A program made the translations under genes and the position numbers. A stretch of 64,000 bases of DNA. Source: an uncultured delta proteobacterium. Lineage in GTDB: Bacteria; Myxococcota; Myxococcia; Myxococcales; Myxococcaceae. The stretch lies in NCBI GenBank assembly GCA_963771175.1, contig CAVYSY010000054.1, positions 1 through 64,000 of the forward strand, in the 5' to 3' direction. The notes under the pieces were generated by a model. The model worked only from the letters and a program-made list of their open reading frames with translations. It searched no databases and had not been told where the DNA came from. This document shows, one piece after another, positions 51,798 through 63,181 of this stretch (positions are counted from its first letter, which is position 1; each line of letters begins with the position of its first letter).

Positions 51798-52574
51798 ATG
51801 TCGAACGAGTCCTCATCACCCGCCGCCCCGCTCGGCGGGGAGCCCCTCATCCGGGTCCGGGGCGTGGTCAAGACGTACCGCACCCCAGCGGGCCCCTTCC
51901 CCGCGCTGCGAGGGGTGAGCTTCGAGGTGAGCCAGGGCGAGATGGTGGCGGTGGTGGGCAAGTCCGGCAGCGGCAAGTCGACGCTCCTCCACCTGATGAG
52001 CGGAATCGACCACCCCTCGGCGGGAGAGGTTCACGTGGCCGGGACGCCCGTGCACTCCCTGTCCGAGGGGCGCCTGGCCCGCTGGCGCGGGCGCAATGTG
52101 GGCGTCGTGTTCCAGTTCTTCCAACTGCTGCCCACCCTGACGGTGGCCGAGAACGTCATGCTGCCGATGGACTTCTGTTCCACGTTCCCGGCGAGGGAGC
52201 GCCGCGCCCGGGCACTCGCCCTGCTCGAGCAGGTGGGCATCGCGGAGCAGGCGGACAAGCTGCCCTCGGCGCTCTCGGGCGGGCAGCAGCAGCGGGCGGC
52301 GATCGCTCGGGCGCTGGCCAACGACCCGCCGCTCCTCGTGGCCGACGAGCCCACCGGCAACCTGGACTCCAGCACCACCGAGGCCGTGTTGCAGCTCTTC
52401 ACCGAGCTCTCTCGCCGCGGCAAGACCGTGGTCATCGTCACCCACGAGCGCGAGGTCGCTCGCGTCTTCGACCGGGTGCTGACGCTGGCGGATGGGGTGC
52501 TCGTCTCGGAAGCCCCTGGACAGCGCCGGGCCCGGGCCGGGGTGCTCGCCGAGGTGGCCCATGGCCAGGCCTAG
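51798..52574 (+). CDS. ABC transporter ATP-binding protein (LolD/MacB type)
   Basis: [26 protein letters not shown] and VTH motifs. Confidence 0.95.
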   Translation: MSNESSSPAAPLGGEPLIRVRGVVKTYRTPAGPFPALRGVSFEVSQGEMVAVVGKSGSGKSTLLHLMSGIDHPSAGEVHVAGTPVHSLSEGRLARWRGRNVGVVFQFFQLLPTLTVAENVMLPMDFCSTFPARERRARALALLEQVGIAEQADKLPSALSGGQQQRAAIARALANDPPLLVADEPTGNLDSSTTEAVLQLFTELSRRGKTVVIVTHEREVARVFDRVLTLADGVLVSEAPGQRRARAGVLAEVAHGQA

Positions 52575-54975
52575 GTGGCGAAAGCTGTGGCGCGACCTGT
52601 GGATGGAGCGTGGGCGCGCGGCGCTGATGGTGGTGGCGGTCGCGGTGAGCCTGCTGGGCATCGGGGCGGTGCTGGGGGCCTACGCCATCCTCTCGCGCGA
52701 GATGGCGGGCAACTATCTGGGCACCCGTCCCGCCTCGGCCACGCTCGAGCTGGATGCCGTGGACCGCGCGCTGGTGGAGGAGGTGCGCCAGCGTCCGGGA
52801 GTGCTCGAGGCCGAGGCGCGCAAGACGCTCCTGGCCCGGGTGAAGGTGGGGGCGGATTGGATGCCCCTCCTGCTGTTCGTTATCGACGACCTCGACTTCC
52901 CGAGACTCAACCGCTTCCGGCTCGAAGACGGCGCCTGGCCCCCGCCGGAGGGCACCCTGCTCATCGAGCGCACCGCCCAGCGCGTGCTCCAGGCCGGACC
53001 GGGCCAGTCCATTCGCGTGAAGGCGCCTGCTGGACAGGCTCGGGAGATGACCATCCGCGGCCTGGTGCACGACCCGAGCCTCTCGCCCGCCTGGCAGGAG
53101 CGAGAGGGCTACGGTTACATCACCCGGGAGACCCTCGCGTGGCTCGGTGAGGCGCCGGTGCTGGATGAGCTCCGGGTGGAGCTCGCGGCGGCCAGGGAGC
53201 CCCTGGAGGCCCCCGCGGTCGATGCTGCTGCTCGCGAGCTGGGCGCCTGGCTCCAGCAGCGCGGGTATGGCGTGCATCATATCGAGGTGCCGCCCCCGCG
53301 CAGGCACCCCCATCAGACCCAGATGATGGCCGTCCTCTTCATGATGCTCGCCTTCAGTGGGATGGCCCTCGTCCTGAGCGCCATCCTGGTGGCCACGACG
53401 CTCGCCGGCATCCTGGCCCGACAGGTGCGCGAGATAGGCGTGATGAAGGCCGTGGGCGCGGGCACCGGGCAGATCGCCGGTCTGTATGCGGTGATGACGC
53501 TCCTGCTCGGGAGCGGCTCGACCTTGCTGGCGGTGCCTCCGAGCATCTTCGCCGCACGGGCCTTGTCCCACATGGTCGCGCGGATGCTGAACCTCGAGCT
53601 CGTCAGTGAGGCGATTCCCGGCTGGGTCCTCGCGCTGCAGGTGGCCGCTGGCGTGCTGGTCCCCCTGGTGGTTGCGGCCATCCCCCTCCTCCGGGGCAGC
53701 CGCGTGAGCGTGCGGCAGGCCCTTGATGACCACGGCATCACTCAGGAGACGCCGGGCGCGCGCGAGCCCTCCGGGGTGCTCCGCGTCCTGGGCGGGCTCG
53801 ACCGGATGCTCCTGCTGGCGCTTCGCAACACCTCGAGGCGGCGCGGGCGCCTCGTGCTGACCGTAGGGCTCCTGGCGGCCGGAGGCGGGATGTTCATGAT
53901 GGCCCTCAACGTGATGGAGGGATGGGAGCGCTATGTCGGGGAGGTGCCCCGGACGCGCCACTACGACGTGGAACTGCGCTTCGGGCAGCCCCAGCCGACA
54001 GCGCGCATCGTGAGCCTGCTTCAAGGCGTCCAGGGAGTCCGGTCCGTGGAGGCCTGGGGCTACCTTCCGACGGCCTTCTCGAAGCCGGCTCTCCTCGACG
54101 TGAGCCGCGTGTACCCGGACGGCGGCCACGGCGGCTTCATCCTCCGCGCTCCGCCGGCGGAGACCTCCCTCGTTCGGTTCCCGCTCAGGTCCGGGCGCTG
54201 GCTCGCGACGGGTGACGTGGATGCGGTGGTGCTCAACCACATGGCGCTCGTGCAGGCGCCTCACGTCCAGGTGGGTGACAGGGTCTCCTTGTCCGTGGAG
54301 GGCAAGCCGACGGTGTGGCAGGTGGTCGGCATCGTGGAGGAGGTCGGGTCGCCCGCGACGGCCTACGTGACGGACGAGGCGCTGGCCCGCGTCGCCGGCA
54401 CGGTGGGGCGCACTCAGTCGGTGCGGCTCGCCACGACGACGGCGGACCCAGGTGTTCGGGAGGAGGTCCTCCGCGCGGTCGAGCGCACGCTGGAGCAGGC
54501 CAACGTGGGCGTCGAAGTGGCCATTCCGCTGTCCGAGTTGCGCACCGCCGTGGGGGACCACGTCCTCGTCCTCGTTCGGATGCTCATCGCGATGGCCGTG
54601 CTCATGGCGACGGTCGGTGCCATCGGGCTCACGTCGGCCATGGGCATGAGCGTGCTGGAGCGGACACGGGAGCTGGGGGTGATGCAGGCCATTGGCGCGA
54701 CACCGGGCGTGGTGCTGCGGCTCATCGTCACCGAGGGCGTCTTCGTCGGCGCGTTGAGTTGGGGGGCGGCCCTGCTCCTCTCGGTGCCACTGACAGCGCT
54801 CGTCGGCAGCATCGTGGGCACGCTCGCCTTCAGGCTTCCGCTTCCCCTCGTGCTGTCTCCGTGGGCGATGCTGCTGTGGCTCGCCCTGGTGCTGGTGGGG
54901 TCCATGGGGGCCACGGCGCTGCCCGCCTGGCGTGCCTCGAGGCTGACCGTTCGCGAGGCCCTCGCGCAGGTCTGA
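52561..54975 (+). CDS. ABC transporter permease (FtsX/MacB-like, duplicated)
   Basis: Two repeats ([11 protein letters not shown] and [11 protein letters not shown]) with large periplasmic loops. Confidence 0.92.
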   Translation: MARPRWRKLWRDLWMERGRAALMVVAVAVSLLGIGAVLGAYAILSREMAGNYLGTRPASATLELDAVDRALVEEVRQRPGVLEAEARKTLLARVKVGADWMPLLLFVIDDLDFPRLNRFRLEDGAWPPPEGTLLIERTAQRVLQAGPGQSIRVKAPAGQAREMTIRGLVHDPSLSPAWQEREGYGYITRETLAWLGEAPVLDELRVELAAAREPLEAPAVDAAARELGAWLQQRGYGVHHIEVPPPRRHPHQTQMMAVLFMMLAFSGMALVLSAILVATTLAGILARQVREIGVMKAVGAGTGQIAGLYAVMTLLLGSGSTLLAVPPSIFAARALSHMVARMLNLELVSEAIPGWVLALQVAAGVLVPLVVAAIPLLRGSRVSVRQALDDHGITQETPGAREPSGVLRVLGGLDRMLLLALRNTSRRRGRLVLTVGLLAAGGGMFMMALNVMEGWERYVGEVPRTRHYDVELRFGQPQPTARIVSLLQGVQGVRSVEAWGYLPTAFSKPALLDVSRVYPDGGHGGFILRAPPAETSLVRFPLRSGRWLATGDVDAVVLNHMALVQAPHVQVGDRVSLSVEGKPTVWQVVGIVEEVGSPATAYVTDEALARVAGTVGRTQSVRLATTTADPGVREEVLRAVERTLEQANVGVEVAIPLSELRTAVGDHVLVLVRMLIAMAVLMATVGAIGLTSAMGMSVLERTRELGVMQAIGATPGVVLRLIVTEGVFVGALSWGAALLLSVPLTALVGSIVGTLAFRLPLPLVLSPWAMLLWLALVLVGSMGATALPAWRASRLTVREALAQV

Positions 54976-55013
54976 TGGAGGACGGAGGACTGCTCTCCAG
55001 GGTTGGCCGGCAC

Positions 55014-56747
55014 CTACTCGGGTGTCAGGGGCGCGTTCGTGTGGCGCAGGGGCCGCTCCGGCAGGAACAGCGTCAGCAGGAAGCTCAGCAGCGAGATGAC
55101 GATGGCGATGCGGTAGATGGCCGAGATGGCCCGGGTGAAGCCGTCCTTCAGCGCCTGCTCGACTTCACCCACCGCCGCCACCGCTCGCGCCTTCTCTGCT
55201 TCGAGTTGGCCCAAGGCCTCGGTCCTCGCGGGGCCTTCGAGCGTCGCCTCCACCTCTCGCTCCCGCGCCGCGAAGCCGCTCCGCAGGCTTCGTTCAATCC
55301 GCTCCGCCGGGAAGGCCTGTCCAACCACCATGCCCTCGCCCCCGCTGCCCCCGCTTCCGGAGGAGTGGAGTTGCTCGCGCACCTCGGGAGGCAGGTTGGC
55401 GGTGGCCCTCGCCGTACCCGTGGTCACCGAGGAGGCGAGGGTGGAGGCGAACACCGTTCCCAGCAGCGCCACGCCAATGGTGGCGCCCATCTGCCGGAAG
55501 AAGGTCACGGACGCGGTGGCCACGCCCACCTGCCCCGGGGGCACCGCGTTCTGGATGGCCAGCGTGTAGAGCGGCAGCGAGGGCCCCAGCCCCACGCCCA
55601 CCAGGATCATCTTCACCGTCACCTCGGCCTGGGTGGACTCGGGCGTGAGGGTGAAGCCCATGATGGCGTAACCCACGGTGAGCACCACCAGCGAGCCGAG
55701 CATCAGCAGCCGGTAGCGCCCGAGGTGCGAGACGAGCTGGCCCGCCAGTACGTTGCCGGCCACCACGCCCAGGGTGAGCGGCGTCAGGGTGAGCCCCGAG
55801 CGCGTGGCGGACAGGCCCACCACGTTCACCATGAAGAGCGGCAGGAAGACGACGGCCGACAGGAAGCCCGCTCCGAGGATGCAGACGGTGAGGTTGCCCA
55901 GCGTGAAGATGCGGTTGCGGAACAGGCCGAGGTCGAGCAGGGGCTCGCTGGCGCGGCGCTCGGCGAGGACGAAGAGCACGTGGCCCGCGGCCGACAGCGC
56001 GAAGAGGCCGAGGATGGGCGCGGAGCCCCAGGCGAAACCGCTCTCGCTGGAGGGGGCGGAGTGGCCGAGGCTCAGGGCGAGCAGCAGCGGCACCACGGCG
56101 AGCACCAGCGCGAGCGCTCCGGCCAGGTCGAGCCGGGGGCGCATTTCTCCGGCGCGCGGGTGGAGCGCGGGCATGCGCAGGAGGATGAAGGTGAGCGCCA
56201 CCACGCCCACGGGCAGGTTGATGAAGAAGACCCAGTGCCAGCTATAGCGGTCGGTGAGGTAGCCGCCGAGCAGCGGGCCCACCACGCTGGAGAGCGCGAA
56301 GACGGCGCCGGTGAGCCCCTGGTACTTGCCTCGGACGGCGGGTGGGAACAGGTCCGCGACGACGGTGAAGGCCGAGGTGAAGAGCGAGGCGCTGCCCAGG
56401 CCCTGCACCACCCGGGAGAGGATGACGTGGAGGGTGCTCCGTGACAGTCCGCACAGCACGCTGCCGACGACGAAGAGGATGATGCCGACGACGAGGATGG
56501 GCTTGCGGCCGAAGATGTCGGACAGCTTGCCGTAGATGGGGAGCATCACCGTGGAGGCCACCAGGTAGGAGGTGGTGAGCCACGGGTAGTGGGCGGGGTC
56601 GATGTGGAGCTCCGCCTGCATGGCGGGGCCGGCGGTGGCGACGATGGTCTGGTCGAGCGCCGCGAGCAGCAGGGCCATCAGCACACCGAGCAGCGTGAGG
56701 GCCTTCTGGGACTGGGAGAGCTCGTGGGCCTGGGTGGGCGGTGCCAT
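55014..56747 (-). CDS. MFS drug:H+ antiporter (DHA2/EmrB type)
   Basis: LDQTIVATA, GKLSDIFGRK and WHWVFFINLPVG motifs. Confidence 0.93.
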   Translation of the reverse strand: MAPPTQAHELSQSQKALTLLGVLMALLLAALDQTIVATAGPAMQAELHIDPAHYPWLTTSYLVASTVMLPIYGKLSDIFGRKPILVVGIILFVVGSVLCGLSRSTLHVILSRVVQGLGSASLFTSAFTVVADLFPPAVRGKYQGLTGAVFALSSVVGPLLGGYLTDRYSWHWVFFINLPVGVVALTFILLRMPALHPRAGEMRPRLDLAGALALVLAVVPLLLALSLGHSAPSSESGFAWGSAPILGLFALSAAGHVLFVLAERRASEPLLDLGLFRNRIFTLGNLTVCILGAGFLSAVVFLPLFMVNVVGLSATRSGLTLTPLTLGVVAGNVLAGQLVSHLGRYRLLMLGSLVVLTVGYAIMGFTLTPESTQAEVTVKMILVGVGLGPSLPLYTLAIQNAVPPGQVGVATASVTFFRQMGATIGVALLGTVFASTLASSVTTGTARATANLPPEVREQLHSSGSGGSGGEGMVVGQAFPAERIERSLRSGFAAREREVEATLEGPARTEALGQLEAEKARAVAAVGEVEQALKDGFTRAISAIYRIAIVISLLSFLLTLFLPERPLRHTNAPLTPE

Positions 56748-56913
56748 CGTCGCGAGCGAGGGTAAGCACGGGTGGGTCCGGGTGGCGGGGAAGGCGTTGG
56801 TTGGAGGACACCGGGACGCGTGCAATGCGTTGTTCTGCGCGAAGGTGGAGCGGGCTAGCGTCCGGAACCCCTACCTGGGCGGCCCGCGTGGGCGGGTCCG
56901 AGGAGACGACGAC

Positions 56914-57888
56914 ATGCGCGCGGTGCAGCTCGAGCGGTTGGAGGGTCCCGAGGGTCTGAAGCTGGTGGACATGCCGGAGCCGGAAGCCGGGGACCAGGTG
57001 CTCATCGACGTGGTGGCGGCGGGAGTGAGCTTCCCGGACCTGCTGCTGAGCAAGGGCCAGTACCAGATGAAGCCGCCCGTGCCGTTCGTGCCGGGCGTCG
57101 AGGTGGCGGGCGTGGTGCGCAGCGCTCCGGCGGGCGCGGCGGTGAAGGCGGGGGACCGGGTGATGGCCTTCACGATGCTCGGGGGCTGGGCCGAGGTGGT
57201 GGCGGCACCGCCGAACATGACGTTCCGCGTGCCCGAGGGCTGGAGCTTCGAGGCGGCCGCGGGGACGGTGATGAACTACCACACGGCGCACTTCGCGCTG
57301 CACCGGCGGGGCCGGCTCAAGGCGGGCGAGACGGTGCTGGTGCACGGCGCGGCGGGCGGGGTGGGGACGGCGACGATTCAGGTGGCGCGCGGCGCGGGTG
57401 CGCGGGTGCTCGCGGTGGTGAGCAGCGAGGAGAAGGCGGAGGTGGCTCGGAGCGCGGGCGCGGACGCGGCGCTGCTGTCCACGGGGGACTGGGTGTCGCA
57501 GGTGAAGGAGAAGACGCAGGGACGGGGCGTGGACGTGGTGATGGACCCGGTGGGCGGGGACATCTTCGACCTGAGCCTCAAGTGCCTGGCGCCCGAGGGC
57601 CGGCTGCTGGTGGTGGGCTTCGCGGGCGGCCGGATTCCCGAGGTGAAGGTGAACCGGCTGCTGCTGAAGAACATCGACGTGGTGGGCGTGGCCTGGGGCG
57701 CCTTCATCATGCAGGAGCCCCAGCTCACCGGGGAGATCGCCAAGGGCCTGGCCGAGCTGGCGGAGAAGGGCTTCGTGGAGCCGCTGGTGGGCTCGGTGTT
57801 CCCCCTGGAGCAGGCGGCCCAGGCGCTGCGCGAGCTGGATTCACGCAAGGCCACCGGCAAGGTGGTGCTGCGGGTGCGACAGGGCTGA
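56914..57888 (+). CDS. NADPH:quinone oxidoreductase family (MDR superfamily)
   Basis: PFVPGVEVAG, VLVHGAAGGVG, DPVGG and TGKVVL motifs. Confidence 0.93.
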   Translation: MRAVQLERLEGPEGLKLVDMPEPEAGDQVLIDVVAAGVSFPDLLLSKGQYQMKPPVPFVPGVEVAGVVRSAPAGAAVKAGDRVMAFTMLGGWAEVVAAPPNMTFRVPEGWSFEAAAGTVMNYHTAHFALHRRGRLKAGETVLVHGAAGGVGTATIQVARGAGARVLAVVSSEEKAEVARSAGADAALLSTGDWVSQVKEKTQGRGVDVVMDPVGGDIFDLSLKCLAPEGRLLVVGFAGGRIPEVKVNRLLLKNIDVVGVAWGAFIMQEPQLTGEIAKGLAELAEKGFVEPLVGSVFPLEQAAQALRELDSRKATGKVVLRVRQG

Positions 57889-58046
57889 GGCGGTGTGAAT
57901 CAGCCGCTCAGGGCGGGAATTCGCACGAATTCGAGCGCGTGTGAGCGGCTTCACAGCCAGGGTTTTCTCCGGGGGTGTATCAGCGTCTCGAAAATCGAGA
58001 GGCCCACTTGGAGTTCGAAGTGGGCGCACCGAGGGGGGATTCCTGA

Positions 58047-59223
58047 ATGATGGGACGTGAGTGGCAGGCATGGCGACAGGCGTTGGTGCTTGTCCTGTTC
58101 GTAACCGCTGCCTGTGGAGGGAGCGGTCCTGTCTGGAACGTGACGCTCGAAGGTGAGGCGTCCGCGCCTGTGCTGTCTCCGCGAGGCAGCCTCGTCGTCG
58201 TCACCTCCGCTCCAGCGCTGTACTCCATCGATGAGAGCGGCAAGACCGAGTGGCGTGTATCCCTCGACGGGGTGTCCCCGGGCTCGGAGAGCACGGATGG
58301 GCCAGGGGGCCCGGTCGTCTTCGAGAATGGCGACATCGTGGTGCCAGCGGGCCCCGCAGCGCTCGCGCGCTATTCGGCGGATGGGGAGTTGCTGTGGCAG
58401 ATGTCGCTCCCGGTCAACATCAACGCGGAGCTGGCGGCGTTGCCGGATGGCTCGGTGGCCGTGCCTGGGACTTCGGGCACACTCCTCGTCGTTCGCGCCG
58501 ATGGCTCCACGGGCATGGAATTCCGCGAGACGACCATCACCTCCCTGCTCTCTTGGACTGCGGCCCCTGTCGTGACGGCGGACGGTGCGCTGGTGGGCAT
58601 TCTGGGTGATGGCTTCATCATTCGCATCGAGAAGGACGGCACGCGTGGGTGGCTGCACGAGACTCAGAGCTCGACTTTGGCTCTTGCACTCGGGGCGGGT
58701 GGCAGCGTGCTGTACCTGTCACGCAGCGGCTCGGAGGATGTGGCCGAGATGAGGGGTCTCCTTTCACTGGGCGCGGATGGGCAGGTGCGCTGGCACGAGC
58801 TGCTCTCCGAAGGGGCTTTGTACGAGCCAGCGGTGGAGGCGGATGGCACCGTCCATGTCGTGTCCGGAAGCTATGGCCGTGGGCCTCTGCTTCTGCGCTA
58901 CAAGGAGGGCCGTGCCCGCGAGGAGGTCGTATTGCCTGAGCCAGCGGTATGCGGGCCCCTGCTCGCTTCAGGAGGCGAGCGCATCGTCCGGCTCAAGGGG
59001 GACCGACTCCGGGTCTACGATGCTCGAGGAAAGCTCCTCCAAGAAGAGGCGCTTCCTAGCTGGAGGACCGCGCCCGTGCTCGCTCCGGGTGGCGCACTGT
59101 ATGCCACCTCAGGCAACACCCTTCACCGGATCGACCTGGAAGTCGAGGGCCTGGCGGATGCGCTCTGGGCTCGGCCACGCGCTGACAACCGAGCCTCCGG
59201 AGCTCCTTCCTCCGTCACCCTGA
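58047..59223 (+). CDS. PQQ-like/BamB-type beta-propeller lipoprotein (true 3' end uncertain; frame stays open to 60722)
   Basis: Lipobox TAAC; repeated DG...W blades; typical closing motif W.RPRADNRASG near 59170-59200; TGA at 59221 is in another frame. Confidence 0.65.
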
Positions 59224-59319
59224 AATTTCCTGACACGCGCTCGCGAGAGAGCGCGTCTGTTCAACCGGTCGCTCCGGACGGGGCCGGTATTGCCAAGAAT
59301 CACTTGAAAGGAGAATGTC

Positions 59320-59631
59320 GTGAACCGAGTCATCAGCCTGGGGCTGATGCTGCTGGGAGTGGCTTGTCAGAAGACACCCGAAAGCAGCACCACGCCCACC
59401 GAGACGACCACTTCCCCTGGTTTCTTCCAGAAGGCCCTCAGTCCCTCTTGTCAGGCTGTCTACTCCTGCTGCGAGGAGTTCTCCGCGCGTGTCGCGAAGG
59501 GCGGCAAGGCGCCTTTCAACTGCACGGCGCTCGCTACGCAAGGGCCCGAGGGCTGCGAGCAGTCGCTGCAGACCTTCCGTGCGTTGTCACCCAAGGTGAA
59601 GGCCCAGCTTCCTTCCGCCTGCACCCAGTGA
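59320..59631 (+). CDS. Small cysteine-rich lipoprotein
   Basis: GAAAGGAG RBS; lipobox LGVAC; Thr-rich tether; six further cysteines including CC. Confidence 0.75.
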   Translation: MNRVISLGLMLLGVACQKTPESSTTPTETTTSPGFFQKALSPSCQAVYSCCEEFSARVAKGGKAPFNCTALATQGPEGCEQSLQTFRALSPKVKAQLPSACTQ

Positions 59632-59642
59632 GAGTTCCCGTC

Positions 59643-60722
59643 ATGAGATATCCCTTCGTCATTACCGTTTCGCTGTTATTCGCGGCCACTGCTGCCGCTC
59701 AATCTCCTTATCCCAACCCAGACCGCTGTATGCCCATTTCGATTGGGGACAGATTCAACAAGGTCGTGAGCGGTGTGCTCAGCGCGGGGGAGAACAACGA
59801 GAACTACCAGATGCCGGTGGCGGGTGCTCAGATCCACATCGACTCGCGAGATGTGCGCTCTGGGGGCCTGCCCGAGGGTGCCTTCATCAAGGCTCCGGAC
59901 TCGTGGCCGCTGGAGTACACGGACGAATTCAATCGCCGGCCCATCCCGCCAGCCATGTCGCCGCTGCTTGGCGATGACATGCTCGGTATCACCTATCGGA
60001 TCAATCACCTCGCGGCAGCGAGCTTCGAGCTGAACTTCAACTGCAACCCGGATGCTTTCGGTGGCAAGTTGAAGGATGGGGCGTTGAAGCTGCAGGTCGA
60101 GTTTGCCCCCAGCAAGGATGAGGCGGACGACGAGCTGCAGGTGCAGCTCGTCGTCCAGACCTTCGCTGGGAAGATCGCCCTGGACCTGGTCGACGTCGAC
60201 CTGGACGAGACGTTCAAGGTCCACGTGGCCGCCGTGCCCACGGTGAATCCCAATGGCAACGACGTGGACCTCGACTTCTATTACGACTTCAACGAGCTCT
60301 TCAAACACGCCATCATCGGCGAGCTCGTCGATGAAATCGTCACCGTGGCCGCCTCGGCGTCTCTGCTCATGGGACAGACCGCCGCGCTGACCTTCTGTGT
60401 GGGTGACCCCGTGTGCGTCGCCGCGACCTCCACCGCGACCGGCATCATCGTCACCGCGGGGGTGCTGGCGTACGAGCAGGAGATGCGGCAGGCCTCGGCG
60501 GACATGATGGCCTCGGCGCTCGATGAGTTCACCCAGCCCTACCGCCGCAACAATGGGATGCTGAAGAAAGTCCGGGAAGAGTTCCGAAGCCAGGTGCTCG
60601 CCCACAAGGTCTACGAGGGAATGAACCTCCTGGAGGCCGTGGACGCCCTGCCCGTACCGGAGTTCGACATCGAGAAGTTCGAGCCCGTGGACATTCCCGC
60701 CACCTGCAAGGAGGCGCCGTGA
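59643..60722 (+). CDS. Secreted hypothetical protein with a hydrophobic Cys-looped hairpin
   Basis: Internal ATG with signal peptide MRYPFVITVSLLFAATAAA|Q; hydrophobic stretch VAASASLL...FCVGDPVCVAA...IIVTAGVLAY. Confidence 0.7.
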   Translation: MRYPFVITVSLLFAATAAAQSPYPNPDRCMPISIGDRFNKVVSGVLSAGENNENYQMPVAGAQIHIDSRDVRSGGLPEGAFIKAPDSWPLEYTDEFNRRPIPPAMSPLLGDDMLGITYRINHLAAASFELNFNCNPDAFGGKLKDGALKLQVEFAPSKDEADDELQVQLVVQTFAGKIALDLVDVDLDETFKVHVAAVPTVNPNGNDVDLDFYYDFNELFKHAIIGELVDEIVTVAASASLLMGQTAALTFCVGDPVCVAATSTATGIIVTAGVLAYEQEMRQASADMMASALDEFTQPYRRNNGMLKKVREEFRSQVLAHKVYEGMNLLEAVDALPVPEFDIEKFEPVDIPATCKEAP

Positions 60723-63161
60723 AGATTTCGTTCCTGCACGCACGGCTCATGTTGCTCCTGGCCCTGCTGGTGCTGCCCGGCTCCGCGCTCGCGTGGACGC
60801 TGAAGCTGCACCTGTTCGCCGCCAACGAGGTCCTCAAGGATGTCACCGAGGACGGCACGGTGGACCTCGGGCCCTACAACGAGCATCCACTTTCCCCGGA
60901 GGTCGTCCAGGCCTTGCGCGAGTACCCGGAGTACTTCCGCGCCGGCGCTCTCGGTCCGGATGGCTACCCGGACATCTTCACCGGTCAGGTCTTCACCCAT
61001 GGTGATCAGAGTGAAGGACTGGTGAACTCCCTCATCCAGGAGAACTTCCTGACCTGTGCCGAGGCGGAGGCCCGTGGTTGGTGTCGCTCGTCGGATGGAA
61101 CTCCCGCGTGCGTGATGGGCAGTGGCGGCAAGGCGGTTTGCGGGGAAAAGAAGGCCGAGGACTCGGCCGTTCCCTACATCATCAACGGTCGTTACGGTTT
61201 CAAGCGCCCCAAGCGCTTCTGGCGCTCCATCGATTGGGCCCGCTTCCTCCTCGACTCCGCCTACGAGGAGCTTCGCCTCGCGAAGGGGGAGGGGCATGAG
61301 GCGCAGACGCGTGCCTATCAGGCCCTGGCTTTCGCCTATGGCTACCTCACCCACTACTCCGGGGATGGTTTCGGCCATGCCTGGGTGAATCTCTACGCCG
61401 GTGGCGCGTGGGACTATTACGACGAGCACCCGGAGTTCGAGTATCGCCACGTCATCGTGGAGGGCTATGTGCAGCACGTCTTCGAGACCAGTTCGCGGGC
61501 CTGGCCGTCCTATCCGGCCGAGCTGCGCGATACCGAGATCGCCGCGCCCGCATGGTTCGTGGAGAAGTACCTCATGCGGGAGGCCATCGCTGGCGATGAC
61601 TCCGCGGGCCCCGGGGCACGTCACATCCGGCTGTTGTACGGCTACAAGGCGCTGCTCGAGCAGTTGCGCGAGCGCACGAAGTTGTCCCCGGGAGAACTGG
61701 CCGATTTCGGCGGGGCCAACTTCGACGTGCGCGACCCACAGAACTACAGCAGCATGTGGTCATACCTGCTCAATCGGTGCGCGAGTGATGTGGTGTTCGG
61801 GGCGGCGACCGTCCTCCTGCTACAACCGCCTGTACCGGCTGGCCCTGTCGAAGTACCTCGACACGCGAATCCAGAAGGTGGACGAGGCGCTGCTGGCATG
61901 GGCGCAGCTCAGCACGGACATCCTCCAGCAGGGCTTTCTCTCGCCGGACGGCTTCGAGCCCGGCGCCATCCGGGCCCTGCTCACCCAGTACTTCGAGACG
62001 CGGGTGAAGCCTCTGGTGGTTCCTGCCGAGGACGAGCCGCTGCGGCAATTCTTCGCCGGGGTGTCTTGTGTCGACGTGGGCCCGCGCAACTTCCAGCAAG
62101 TCTGCGAGGCGGTGTTCGCCCAGGTGAACGTGGCCATCCAAGAGCTCCAGACCGAGCTCGAGAGCAAGCTCCAGACGAAGCTGGTGAAGTACTACGAGGC
62201 CTTCGACATCTATCTCTGCACTCTCGAGTACTACCTGGGCCGGTTCACGGATCCCGTCGTCCGGATGAACTTCGCCTACTGCGGCACGGAGACCGCCTGC
62301 CCACAGTCCGTCACCCGTAGGTCCCAGGTGGAGGATGACGTGTTCATGGTCTCCTCGGACCCACGCACGTTCATCCCCTTCCAGAACACGGTGCGGATGT
62401 CGAAGCTGAGCCTGTTGAACCAGGAGGAGATGCGCCTCGTGGCCATGATGGCCAATCTCATGCCGATGGCGGAAGTGGACCCCATCCAGTTGGAGCTGGC
62501 GCGGTTCCTCAATGACGACCTGTACGAGCAGGCCATCTATGAGAGCATCGCGACACTGGATGGCTCCGTACCCATCGAAGAGAACGACCTGCTGAGCCAG
62601 CGGCGTGTGCTCTTCGACCAGTTCCGCAAGACGCCCGTGTTCGGAGTCATGAAGGATGTGGCTGCCCGGGAGCGGCTGCACTGGCCCCTTTTTGAGATCC
62701 GCAAGATGGATCCGGACGGAGATCAGATCACCCTCTCGTATGACCTGTGCCCGTGCTGGCCCGAGATACGCACCCAGAACGCGATGGACGACGATGGAGA
62801 CCGCGTCGGTAACAGTTGCGATGGGGACTGGCTGTTCCCCCACGCGGCGGAGGTGGTGACGTCCATGGATGACGCGGGCTTCGGCCCGCCGGCACTGGGT
62901 ATCAAGCAGAGCTTCGTGAACCGGTTGGACAACACGGTGAAGGTGGCCTGCGAGCGTCACTCCACGGCGGAGGCCATCAACCTGCTGGACAACATGCTCG
63001 CGGAGATTCGCGCCCATACGGACAATGCCATGATGCGGCCGGACACCGCCCAGGCCATGAAGGCCGTGGTGGATGAGCTGCTCGCGAAATTCCATGCCGG
63101 TGCGATGCGGTGTGTGGACTCTCCGCCCGTTGGAACGGTGATGGCGTGCGGTGGTTACTGA
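60719..63161 (+). CDS. Secreted Zn-dependent phospholipase C / S1-P1-fold protein with TSP3-like Ca-binding repeat and FIMAH-like C-terminus (frameshift near 61800)
   Basis: Signal peptide then W.LKLH; GALGPDGYPD; GYLTHYSGDGFGHAWVN; HVIVE; DPDGDQI...DLCP...DDDGDRVGNSCD. Confidence 0.8.
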
Positions 63162-63181
63162 CCTGGATTGAAGGAGCGGAA

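Noticed and set aside
3474..56444. Long antisense or alternate-frame ORFs (e.g. 3474-5717, 15280-17211, 21849-23483, 23261-25117, 25660-27327, 52438-54561, 54315-56444)
   Set aside because: Shadow ORFs expected in high-GC DNA opposite well-supported genes; no recognisable motifs.
57891..57958. Imperfect nested inverted repeat (AGCCGCTCA...GAATTC-N4-GAATTC...TGAGCGGCT) after the quinone oxidoreductase
   Set aside because: Could be a terminator or REP-like element, but it is single-copy in the window and matches no RNA family I recognise.
1909..63161. Numerous frameshifts (hybrid kinase, cfa-like, epsB, sitAI6, epsZ, GH65, PLC) read as pseudogenes or programmed frameshifting
   Set aside because: They are scattered single-base indels in unrelated genes whose motifs are otherwise intact, with no shared slippery motif. 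This fits uncorrected long-read errors best; read-level checking is needed.
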